Source: Eremomyces bilateralis CBS 781.70
Taxonomy: Eukaryota
NCBI GenBank assembly: GCA_010015585.1
Contig: ML975171.1
Direction: 5' to 3' (one strand)
Length of the DNA stretch: 64,000 nucleotides
Shown: positions 1 to 10,883 of the stretch, in pieces
Numbering within the stretch: the first letter of the stretch is position 1
Layout of the letters: each line of letters starts with the position of its first letter
Program-made: the position numbers and the translations under genes
Notes under the pieces: model-generated
Seen by the model: the letters and a program-made list of their open reading frames with translations, nothing else
Told to the model about the DNA's origin: nothing
Database searches by the model: none

Positions 1-2693
1 TGCCATGCTCCGGATCGTGTCTGGATGTTTGTCGCCAAGCATTTCTCGCTGTAGGCCAATGACTTCGTTACACTTCCCCTCGGCCTTCGCGTACTTCCCA
101 AGTCTAACGTTACTCGCACTCACGTAAAAGAGAAGATGCGATGTGACTTTGTCCGTCATACTGTCTCGAAACTCTAACGCTTTCTCCGCATGCGGCAAAT
201 ACCTCTCCCAGATGACCCTGTTATTATTTGTCGGGAAAGGGAATACTTCGTCGAGTCGATGTATCACTACTCTGGCAATTTCCCCCCCCAACTCTTTCTT
301 GTATAACCAGCCTCGCATTGCCAATGAGACTAGTCTGTGCATGTCGTATGAAACTTCATCTAGCCGTTCACCGATGAATGCGTACCCTTTTAGCGTGCCA
401 ATTGCCTCCAAAACCTTCCGCTCCTGGTGATTTGGCGGTAGGAGAGATTTTGGAATGTTCTTCTCCGCAAGAAATGACATGAATTTGAGGTATTCGGCAG
501 CGAGCCGATCGTCCCGAGAGATGTGGAGGAACGAAATTAACCAAGTCCTTGCAACCGGATTTTGACTGGTTTTATAGCGATGTCGATCCTTGAAATCTTC
601 ACTTAGAAGCCCGATAGCCTCCTCTTCGCTCGACTGATATAACCCGAAGTACCTTTTGGTCGACATCCCATTTTTAGCCATGAAGGCCGCAGCCTGTCGT
701 ATAGCTAGAGGCAGGTAGGCGAGGAATTCGAGTAGCCTTGTCGTGCTCTCTGTATCGGCGACTTGATGCTCCACTAGGTCCGTCATCAACAGCTCGAGCG
801 CTTCGTCCTTGTTCATTTCCTCTACGACGATTACGTTCCTGTTTCGGATATCAAGTTCTCCTATGACTTTGTGATTCCGCGTTGTAAACAGGATCGAACC
901 TTTCTGGCTACGTGGGAGATACTCCGCAATATCGGTATCGCCGGAGAGGAGTTTAAGGTCGTCAACATTGTCGATAATCAGGAGCCAGGTTCCGGCGCCA
1001 TCTTCGCTTAGGGCTTTCCGAACGAGTTCCTTGATATCTGCCTCATCCTCATTGATCCCCGGAAGTTTGAGCTTTTGGCCGATCTCGCGGTAGGCATTCT
1101 CAAAACTGGCAGGATCTACTGCGGGAACCCAGAAGATAGAGCAGTCGGGGTGCTGATCGCGGACCCGGAAGGCAGCTTCAATGGCAAGTTGTGTCTTCCC
1201 AATCCCACCGAGGCCTTCGATGGCTATCCATTGGCAGTTGTCCTCGTCTGCTGCAGGGGGGATTTTCTCGAGGAGCTGTGCAATAATCGACTGTCGTCCG
1301 ACGAAGTACTTGTTCTTTCCGAACGGGACGGTGAAGTGGCCCTGGGTGGGGTTTTCTGGGACTATTGGGATTTAATATCGGGGTACAGTATAATTAAAAG
1401 CTACATACTATGAGATGCCAGATCCTCGGTAGTATAGCGAAAGCTTGGGATAGTCCCTTGGTTAGGTGGCCGTTCTAGCAGCCGAGCCGGACCCTGTGAG
1501 CTTCCTGCGCCGCTTGAACGGCAACTAGAAAGCTGAATGTGTCTGTTCGAGCCCTCTTTGCGGACAACCTTCGATGCTAGTAATGCCTTGACTACTCCGT
1601 CGACTTGTTTAGATATTGCGTGTTGCCTAAGATATTCGGTCGTGACAGTGCGCACTGTGGGCAAGTCTTTCCACTCTTCCAACCCTACGTGCGGGAGGCC
1701 ACGATCGACACTGAAGCGGAAATACATATCTTTAACGTCTTGAAATCGCCTGTGTATCTTTTCCGCCGTCGTGTCCGACTCCGTAGCCATTTTCTTGAGT
1801 GCATTGATTAGCTTTATTGGGCTCGTTTTTGGCGAGTCTGGAAAGGTGATGACGCTGGCGACGCCGGTTCCAACACTAACGACGCAGGCCACCTTCCGCC
1901 CAGGAAAGATGCGCTTCGCCTCCTCCAACACTTGTTCGACTGGGTTGTTGTAGCCTAGCCCGCCATCCACGAACGTCTCCTGCTCGCCGTCATAGCCTAT
2001 GGCGATGGGTTCGAAGTACGAAGGTGCCGCCGAGGTTGCGCGGCACGCCTGCCAGATCGTGCAGTCGAACGAAGCGTTTTCGCGCACCTTGTAAGTCCTG
2101 AACAACCGAGGCCCGGCTCGAGCCTTGACGTCTTGTTGTGGCACGGCGCAGACAAACCTGGACGGGTTAGCTGTTCGCCGGAAAAGAAACTCCGAATGCA
2201 TACACTTTACAGCTACCATCTTTGTCCAACATTCTCTCTTCGCGGCGACCATTCCCAAGAAGCCGCTTTACCGCCTCGTTTAGCTTCTGGCCTTCAAACG
2301 TGCTCGCCTTGAGGTATCTCGGAATGGAGAAGACTTCCTCCGCAATGCGGACATATTCCCTCCTGGCCTCTGGCACCGATAGGCGCAAACGGCCCACCAA
2401 CAACGCAATCAGGCTATAGCATGAGCAGTATTAGTTGCGACCTCGACAAGCTAACGCGATAGTGACCTTACCCTCCTGTGGATGTGCCGCCAATGAGGTC
2501 AAAGAAATCCGCAGGGAGTAGATCTCGGTCTGCGTCAAGGTCGTATTTGATCCGGTCCATAATCTCCTCGAGGACAACGAGCTCGGAGAGCCCGCGGATA
2601 CCCCCGCCATCTGCACGGCTGTCAGAGAGCACGACTGTGAGTTTAATCCATAAGCTTACCCAAGGCTAACAGGCATAGTGGCCTGTCGTCCAT
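1..2693 (-). CDS. Fungal NLR: N-terminal patatin-like phospholipase + NB-ARC + probable TPR repeats; 3' end runs off the window
   Basis: ATG at 2693 gives MDDRPLCLLAL/DGGGIRG...DLIGGTSTGG (patatin glycine loop and GxSxG), then ATSAAP and FVDGG. Intron 1362-1408 (GTATGT...AATAG) joins in frame to FVGR...IEGLGGIGKTQLA (P-loop), WLLIIDNVDD (Walker B) and ILFTTR. Confidence 0.9.
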
Positions 2694-5345
2694 TTTCCAG
2701 TTCTCTGCAGTCAGCAATGAGACGACAGTTGCTTTCGTAGAATTCGAAGTCTTGTTAAATGCCGACTGTGAAGTTGGAGCAGAATGCCGCGATTTGAGGA
2801 CGAAGGTAGGGCCCTCTAGCTGATTTAATCCTCGATGTCGAGGTTGTCTGTGTGACTGCTAGAGATATGCGGCTTCGTCACATATCACATCTTGCCTTCC
2901 GCTGTTAGACAAAGCGGAATCTTAATGGTAGATCCCAACCCTAGCAGACTGGCCAATCCAAAGCTGTATCTTTGCATTGGGCTACGCCACAATTTCAGCC
3001 TTGCATACCAAACACAGGAATTGTAGCCTTGCGCTATTTTAAGCTGTATCGGCTCCAGCAACGAACGGGAGACCCTGCTCATCGAACCATTCAGCCAATC
3101 GATGCCTCTGTTTTCGCGCTCGTGTACGCCGTAGTTTCAACCTTGAGAGGGATGCACTGAGTCTTGTCCAACTGGCAAAGTCGAGGCTGGATGGTCCTAA
3201 AGTCCTGTTACCCTGCAATGAAAACCTAATTAACTAAATTGTTGAAACGTTATAAAAACAACTCGTCTCTGTCATGATGGAGTCGCTCCAGCGACTAGCA
3301 CAATCCCTGACCGGAAGGGATCATGCGGATACGAACTGCGGCACGCAAATCGGAGCTAAAAATGGGAATATTGAGAACAACTTCTAACCCTACCTAGCAG
3401 GTCCCTGTTCCTTTCCGTAGCTATCCTGCTGCTAATATTAGTCCACTAAGGAAAGCGTATCGCGACCAAGTTAACTTAAACGATAGTATCGCGGAGGTGC
3501 CAATATAGTCAGCAGGGAACATTTCACCCCTCTTTATAGCCCACGCGAAATAAGACTCTCACTTCTCGCAATATCAAGGCCGGTTTGTTCCCATGTAACC
3601 CGGATAGGGTGCCCCGAGATATCCAGAAGCTGCCTGCTGGATTGACCATTCGACAACCGATGTGTTACCAGGATATTACTGTAAGAAGGAACGAGCGAGT
3701 CGTGCTGCGAAAACAGCTGCAGGGACTCCAGAAAAACGGGTCAGAAGCGTAAAAGCACTGCGCCAGCGGGAACAAAGCCAAAAAGCCACGGAGGAGCGAA
3801 GTGGAAACTGCTAAGAACGACATTGCCGTAGGAGGGATGGCGAATTACTGCTCTTTCTTCCACCGCGAAGATGAAACCCTTTGATACTGGCCAGAAGGGC
3901 AGGCGCTCGCATTGTGATCCTTTGCCGTAGAGGATAAGTTTAGCATTCATCAGGATTTGGGGCAAAGACGTATAATCAAACATTATTCTAAGTCGATTGT
4001 ATGACGTCTTCCAGCATTCGCTACTGTATACACATCTCATTAGCTGTGGTAGGAAGTGGTGATATTGCTGGGGCTGGTTCTTCGTTCGTCTACACAGGAA
4101 TCCGTGATGTTGCTGGGCTGAGACGCTCGTTCCTGAATATAGGGAAGCCGCAAGAATCACCCAAGAGCGTTAGTCTGCCAAGCCCAAGCTTAGGGAGATT
4201 CACATGGCAACTTGGTAATTTACAATGAAATATTTGTGTCGTAATCACGTGATGTATAGATCGCAGAATGCGGAAGTTTAACCTAACGCAAGTACCGACC
4301 TACGTGGTGGAAATATTTATAATCGCTTCCAACACAACGTATGCTGCAGACAGAGAATCCTTAACATGATAATAGGATTTGTGTGGCTTTGATTTATTTG
4401 TTCATGTCCTTTACAAAAGGAAAATCGATGATGGTGGCGTTATATCATAGAAATATCGTTGCGGAGTCTAATGCTCATATCACGCTCTCTATAGAAAATC
4501 AATCATCTATCAGCCAAGCTACTGTAATTTTAAGGTAGACACGATCAAGGATAATGGCAAGTGGTCTAAGAGTACAGTTTCCAATAATTATAAGAATTTC
4601 AGTGCGTCTGGAGACTCTAAGTTAGATTGAAGTCAAAGTACCTTGAGTTCGTTCCAGCATGGCGGGTGTTCCATCACGTAGGGGGGGAGGTTAGTCAAGA
4701 AAGTGCTTAACCGACCTGGGAATCCAGAAATAGCAAGACTAGGAAGCACAAGAATATTAATCATTCATAGCGGAGGAAGATGACTGAGCGGTCCGTCAAG
4801 AATGATAAAGTTAAAACAGGGCCAAGAATATGGCATGGGTCGGTCGAAATAGCTTCCCAGAGCACCTTGTTCAGGGTCAATTTACTATGTAGTTTCCGGT
4901 TGTCGTCCGAACTGCGATACCAACCAGATCCGCAGATTGGTGCTAGTCCATACCTTGGCATTATTATTTATGCCAAGGTATGGACTAGCGGAAATTGGCA
5001 AATATTTCCACCAATAAGTGGAGACCAGAATCCCACATCCCTGCCACTGGGAAGCTATGGCTACCCTAGCGGGAGGGTAAGTGGCTCATACAAATTGATC
5101 GCGAGTCTACGGTACAGGTACTTGGGGCATATAGGAAATCACTGCTAGCCATAGAGTATATGGTACAATAAGCATGAATTTAAAGACTGGCTCTAGAGGA
5201 CGGCAATTCATTATGACTAGCTTTTCCTGCTCAATCATTTATCACTCCTCCCAAACACCAACTTCCGTCAACTTCCAGCGCTCTCGTCAAGCTAATACAC
5301 ACTCCACAGTATGGAAATAAGGATATCCACCTTCCCATTGCATAC

Positions 5346-6536
5346 TTAAGCCGACTTCCTGATAAGTTTCAACTGGAGGTACGCATCCCTTTTCGAGTTC
5401 AACTTTTCTCCCAAAGGCGGTTGCTCCTCCCCAGCCCAATCCAAGTTCCAATCGTTTCCAATACAATGGGCGAGTGAACCTATTAATAATGCAATCATTC
5501 TGAACCCAAAACCGGTCGATGAAGCTGGACATTCAAAGTTTCCAGCCCCAAAGGGCATGAATCCTGCTTCCAATTCAATCTTCTTGAGCTTCCTTTCCAC
5601 ATTTCCCTCTTCGTTGAACATCTGCCAGAGCTCCGGTCTAAAACGAAATGGATCATCCGAAAAGACTGCCATGTTATGATGACATCGTTCGACGTCAGCC
5701 ACCATTTTGCCCTCTGCTTGACCGTCGATGTCGGTGAAGTCTCGATAAATATGACGGGTAGGAGGATACAGCCGCAAGGTTTCCTTCACAATATCTTTGG
5801 CAGATGGATGTCCAGACCGACGATCCTGGAAATCGGCTCTAGAAAGATCTTGGCGCATGCGCTCCAAAGTTTGGAGCCAAATTTGTTGGTCAGGGGCATC
5901 GCGAAACTTGACCTCCAGCAAGCCGCGCAAAACGACTCGCCACATAGTCTCGTAAGCAGGGAGGATTTTGTTAAAGGGATTCGTTGCCTTATTAAGGGGG
6001 TCATGTTTCCCCTGATCTTGAAGCACTTTACGCAGAGCCTGGTACATCTCCACCTCATTCCCCCACTCCGAGTTGTTTTCCTCTTTTGATGTAATCCATA
6101 TCTCGTTGGTTCTTCGGGCGAGCAGCCTGATGGCGTCTTGAGCTGATTCGCTTTCGATATGATCCGTCTCGTCTGCGAAAAACATGCGGAATACGATCTT
6201 GAGGGTAGAGAACTGGATCAATGATGCCAAATATACCTTATCGCCATGTTTATGAAGCTCAGCGGCAACATAACTCTGACAAAGATCGCGGATTTGGCCC
6301 ATGTCTTGCCAGTCGTACTTCTTCATCACTTTAACTGCCGACCTTTTAAACTCGCTGTAAATCTTAGGATCATCTGTTGTGAATGAGTTCTGAATCCCAA
6401 ATGATTGAACTAGTCGTTTATTCGGTTGCATTCTAGCCGCAAGGCGGTTATCCCTTCCGAAGTCATTGCAAGTAATGATGCCGCGTGTGCGGTTGACCAA
6501 GCCGTTCGAATCTTGGTGATTGAGTGGTGTAGCCAT
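5346..6536 (-). CDS. Divergent cytochrome P450
   Basis: PAYET (I-helix-like), ETLR (ExxR), PFRFRPE (PERF-like) and FGAGNFEC (heme Cys) motifs; single exon, 396 aa. Confidence 0.85.
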   Translation of the reverse strand: MATPLNHQDSNGLVNRTRGIITCNDFGRDNRLAARMQPNKRLVQSFGIQNSFTTDDPKIYSEFKRSAVKVMKKYDWQDMGQIRDLCQSYVAAELHKHGDKVYLASLIQFSTLKIVFRMFFADETDHIESESAQDAIRLLARRTNEIWITSKEENNSEWGNEVEMYQALRKVLQDQGKHDPLNKATNPFNKILPAYETMWRVVLRGLLEVKFRDAPDQQIWLQTLERMRQDLSRADFQDRRSGHPSAKDIVKETLRLYPPTRHIYRDFTDIDGQAEGKMVADVERCHHNMAVFSDDPFRFRPELWQMFNEEGNVERKLKKIELEAGFMPFGAGNFECPASSTGFGFRMIALLIGSLAHCIGNDWNLDWAGEEQPPLGEKLNSKRDAYLQLKLIRKSA

Positions 6537-6701
6537 TTTTGCGTAATTTCATGTTATTCTCCGTAAATGGTTTTCAAAAACTAAAGAATAACTTTCAAAT
6601 TTATTTACAGATGACTTCTAAACTCACTTTATACCAGCAAGTCTGATGACAGGCCAACGATGACCAGATATGTATTGAATCAAACAATCTACGATTGATT
6701 T

Positions 6702-6769
6702 GCTTCAATGACCACTTGTCTAGTTAAGACGGATAGCTTCAATGACCCCTTGTCTAGTTAAGACGGATA
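6702..6769. repeat. Tandem duplication, 34-bp unit x2
   Basis: gcttcaatgacc(a/c)cttgtctagttaagacggata occurs twice with one mismatch. Confidence 0.95.
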
Positions 6770-6902
6770 GTGACAAACTGAAATCTTCTGGCAAACAGCT
6801 TGACATACAAAGAGACGCTAAGTTGATAAACACATATTGAGATGCTGACTCACAATCATTCGTCACTTATACACAACACAACGAAAGAGGACCAGAAAGC
6901 CC

Positions 6903-6983
6903 CAAACGGCACTTCCAGTGCTGAACGACATGAAATCACGCAAACGGCACTTCCAGTGCTGAACGACATGAAATCACGCAAAC
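6903..6983. repeat. Tandem duplication, 38-bp unit x2
   Basis: caaacggcacttccagtgctgaacgacatgaaatcacg occurs twice exactly, followed by caaac. Confidence 0.95.
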
Positions 6984-7153
6984 TGTCCTGGAGAAGCTCC
7001 GAAATGGCAACTTAAAGTAATTAGCCTGTTGGATCGATCAATGATTAAATTAGATATTAGCAGAGCCTCAAAAAAACCGTAGACGGTTCTCTAGATGATG
7101 TCACATGAAATACTATCTCTTTGTTTCACTGACATAGACACTGACTTGAGAGG

Positions 7154-7258
7154 ATATCTGAAAGCTTGTATTTCAATGGAACTGGAAATGAGGAAAATGA
7201 TTCCTATTTTCAGAAACCTGCCAAATAGGAACCCAAATTTAGTACCCATGTTCTCAAG
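7154..7258 (+). repeat. Dispersed non-coding element, copy 1
   Basis: atatctgaaagcttgtatttc...gattcctattttcagaaacctgccaaataggaacccaaatttagtacccatgttctca aligns with the copies at 22423, 32870 and 47558. Confidence 0.85.
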
Positions 7259-7543
7259 CAAGGTTCTAATATTTCCAGAACTTTTTTAATACTAGCGTGC
7301 AGGTATTTCTTGGCAGGATTTTGTTAGGGTAAAACGTGCTTACGACGGGGGCAGGTTGTTATTTTCTCACCAATAACCGATGATCTGGCCTCTGGACTTG
7401 ACACACAAAATACGCGATCACGTGTGAATATGCTGGGTGGCTGGACAATCGACAGCTCCGCCGTAAAGCGCGTTGTTCCAATGTTCTTACATTTCTCCCG
7501 AACTTATTTGCGATAAAACGAAGCTCATAAGAAGAAATTACTG

Positions 7544-8839
7544 ATGGCCTCCGAAGGTAATTCTTGGCGGCAGTCCAAACCGGCGAATTTGCTCAGTTTG
7601 CTGACCTACTATCCGGTATGGGGCACTCTCTTGTCATATTTATGCCTGGCCGACTTCTTGGTGCTGTTCCAAGTGAGCAAAGGAATCCGCCGCAAGCTCA
7701 AGGACAACCTAGGACGGAAATGCTTGAACATTGACATCCTACTGAGCAACTTCGTAACCCACCCTGATATATTCCGATCTCAGCTAGGAAAGCACGATGC
7801 CTTGATCTCAGGAGGGTTCGCCCTTAATTTCTTCGAGTTGAGCCGTTGGACAGTACTAAATATGGACGTTTTCGTCCCATCTGGGGTCCACGCGACTGAG
7901 TTCACAGACTACATATGCAAACATGAGGGTTATAAGGCAAGCGAGGAATACAGCCAGGAAGCTGAGACAGTAAGGAACTTGTTCTGTTAAAGGATCTAGT
8001 GTGAATATTGAATCATTGCTGACTCTGTTATGCAGGGTCGAGGTCATTTCAACTTCAACAGTGGCAAGCGGCCCGGCAAAACCCTTCGAGTAACAGTGAC
8101 AGATGGGCCCCCAATTCAAACTATTCTTGATTCCTCGTACACAACAGCGAGCATCAATTTCATCACATGGAATAAGGCGTACTCGATCTTCCCTATACAA
8201 ACCGTTATCCATCACAAACTCTATGCACTTAAGCCTATGGATGAGGACTTTGGCTCAGTCCTGAATGAGCTGAGCAATCAAGGCTGGACGACTCGAGATA
8301 TCATATGGCCGGAATTAGCTGCGGATGCTCAGTCCCATGAAATTAGTGGCTATCGCCGAGTCGGTGATCAATCCACTTTGGTTATCCTGCTGCATACCTA
8401 TAACGTCCAGAAAGCATCGACACCGGATTCCGTGACCGAGTATGCTCAGTTTGAAGTCTCTACAAACTCTGTACCACCATTCTTTGAACAGGACCGCTTG
8501 CCGAATACACAGATTCAATTGCAGCGGTTAGTATCACCTGCTTTGCGCTATGAATACACGTTTGGCAAAAGTTCATGGCATGATTTTGTGTCCAAAAGAC
8601 TACAACGCTGGGCCTGGGTCGAGCTGTATAAACTGGAACCGGGAAAGCGTCCCTTACAGTTCACGGATGGCATTCCGCACTACTTTAATATTTCCTTTCT
8701 ACAAGACTTTCAGACGCCGGAGACTTGGGACTACGCTGATGATCAAATTCCCGCATGGTATCTAGAATGGGAGCAAATTACGATAGACAGATCAGACAGA
8801 AAGGGTCGAAGCCGACATCAAGGTCGTCATATCTTGTAA
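7544..8839 (+). CDS. Hypothetical protein with possible N-terminal F-box-like segment (ISGGFALNFF-type motif)
   Basis: Two ORFs joined in phase 0 by intron 7970-8035 (GTAAGG...TGCAG). The N-terminus LLSYLCLADFLVLFQVSKGIR resembles an F-box. Confidence 0.6.
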
Positions 8840-9623
8840 CCGAACGTAGCACATTCACGTCGCGCTTTAGCAGAGGTAACGAATTACGCGCCCTGAGGTA
8901 TATGCTAAGCCGTAAGCAGAATGAGAGTAGGTTTCGTCAGTGTAAGGGTCTCACTGTAGGGAATCTCCAATCGTGAGGCAAACATTGAATTGTTGCTATG
9001 AAGGAGGAATCTATCTAAAGTGTGCGAGGCGTTATGTCCTGATGCTGCACAGCAAACGGGCCACAAGGCATCCAGGTCCGCGGACCTCTGATCCATCACA
9101 GTCAGAGTTGGTACACTGTTATAGAGAGATTAGGGTTTCACGTTGTTTGGAGAACCATCTTGAGCGCCTGGGGCTTTCTGGCTCCGTTCTTAGACTGCGG
9201 CTGAGTGTTTGTGGGAGAATGTAGGACCAGGTTTGTGGGAAGAGTGGTCGTAGGGGAGGAGTGGTCGTGGGAGAGCAAGAGGCAGTGAGAATAGGATCGT
9301 GGGGATAGGTAGAGCGTTCGAACTGATATGTGCTGGCAAGACGTCACTCACCACACACTTGGGCGGAAACATTTTCGCCCATGCTCAACAGGATGTGGCG
9401 ACTTACTCCAACCATAACATCATTTCAGCTATTATGCAGAATCACGTTACTACCTCTTTGCGGCTGTCGATCCAATAGTCCTGCATTATAACATCATTCA
9501 AGAAAGAACACACGGATAATCGACGGAGAGTAGGTCCTGCTGACACTGATACTTCTATTGGATTATTATCAATTGAGACCCCTCCCCACAAGAGTGTAGC
9601 GCCCGAGCTCAGGCGAGCCCAAT

Positions 9624-10883
9624 ATGCCCCCTTCTCCTCTCAGGAGAATCCTGGGGGAAGCAATGGCACCCCCCCCCGAACCCCCCGCTATCACCACGTC
9701 GAGGGCTGGACGCCAGCTCAGGATGTCCGCGAGGGCCAAAGCCAGAGCCGCCGAGACAGAAGGGCTAGACGAACTGCCTCAACGCGAGGCTGCGAGAAGC
9801 CAGGAGGGAAGCCCGGAAGCGAGCGAAGCGAACATCACCCGAGTCCTCCAAAGCGCTCTTACGGCGATCGACCGGAAGATCGACACGCGGATGAACGAAC
9901 TAATAGATGAGAACCGTCTATTGTCCGGAAAGCTCGTAGATGCGACGGGCAAGCTCCATATCATGGAAAACCTCTTTGAGGACATGAAACGGACTATAGA
10001 AAAGCTAGAATGCCAGATAGCGAGCTTATCTGTCGCATCGAGCCCGCAACCTAGCGTGCAGGCGAGATCGTACGCAGCAGTCACTGCACCCGGATCGAAA
10101 AGCCAGTCGAGTGCACCGTCATTGCTGTCGCCGTCCATCGCCGTCACCCCACCAGACTCATCCCCCGGACTTCGCCCTATCCCCGACCATATCGTGGGTA
10201 GTGTGCCTACCATAAGGACGTCCTCGGTAAGACGAGCCCAACACCGCCCGCCGATGGTCAGCCTCAACCTGACGGATACACGTTATGGGTCATCCTCGCC
10301 CGGCGCGCTTAAGGAAGTAATGAACAAGGCTCTACAAAGTGTTACCGAGACAAAGAACTGCAAATGCGTAGCGGTGACAAACCGTCGTCTAGATAATGTC
10401 GGGTTCGCCCTCCGATCACAAGAAGAAGCCGACGCCGTCGTAGCAGCAGCTCCATGGACCAACGAACCAACCCTCCGGGACGCTAAGCTGGCGATAAGAG
10501 AGGAACACAAAGTTAAGGTGACGGGAGTCGACAAGCTGGTAGTTGGTGACCCCGAAGCTGGAAAGCGAATTAAAGCCGATATTGTGAAGAGTATCAATGT
10601 CGAAAATGGCGCCCAGATCCAAGGCATGCGGATACTCAGCCGCCCCTCCGCCCATCCCCGGATTCAACTTGTGGTATTCTGTAAATCCCAAGACGAGAAA
10701 GAACGCCTCCTTAACCAAGGGTTTATCTCGATTGAAGGGGAATACGCACCGATTGAGGAGTTCTTCGATTCGCCACGCAGCAGGCGATGCTTCAGATGCC
10801 ACGGACTTAACCACAACGCGGCGGATTGCACTATAGAAGTAGGCACTGGAAGCGTCTCCCAAGTTGAACCTGATGAACAGTAA
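9624..10883 (+). CDS. LINE ORF1, gag-like nucleic-acid-binding protein
   Basis: Coiled-coil-like segment plus C-terminal CCHC knuckle RCFRCHGLNHNAADC. Confidence 0.9.
   Translation: MPPSPLRRILGEAMAPPPEPPAITTSRAGRQLRMSARAKARAAETEGLDELPQREAARSQEGSPEASEANITRVLQSALTAIDRKIDTRMNELIDENRLLSGKLVDATGKLHIMENLFEDMKRTIEKLECQIASLSVASSPQPSVQARSYAAVTAPGSKSQSSAPSLLSPSIAVTPPDSSPGLRPIPDHIVGSVPTIRTSSVRRAQHRPPMVSLNLTDTRYGSSSPGALKEVMNKALQSVTETKNCKCVAVTNRRLDNVGFALRSQEEADAVVAAAPWTNEPTLRDAKLAIREEHKVKVTGVDKLVVGDPEAGKRIKADIVKSINVENGAQIQGMRILSRPSAHPRIQLVVFCKSQDEKERLLNQGFISIEGEYAPIEEFFDSPRSRRCFRCHGLNHNAADCTIEVGTGSVSQVEPDEQ

Noticed and set aside
1401..2258. Stand-alone 285-aa patatin ORF
   Set aside because: It is an internal exon; the glycine loop and GxSxG lie in upstream exons, and an intron links it to NB-ARC.
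3348..3410. Fifth copy of the dispersed element
   Set aside because: Only ggagctaaaaat and caggtccc match at roughly the right spacing; too weak to list without a profile search.
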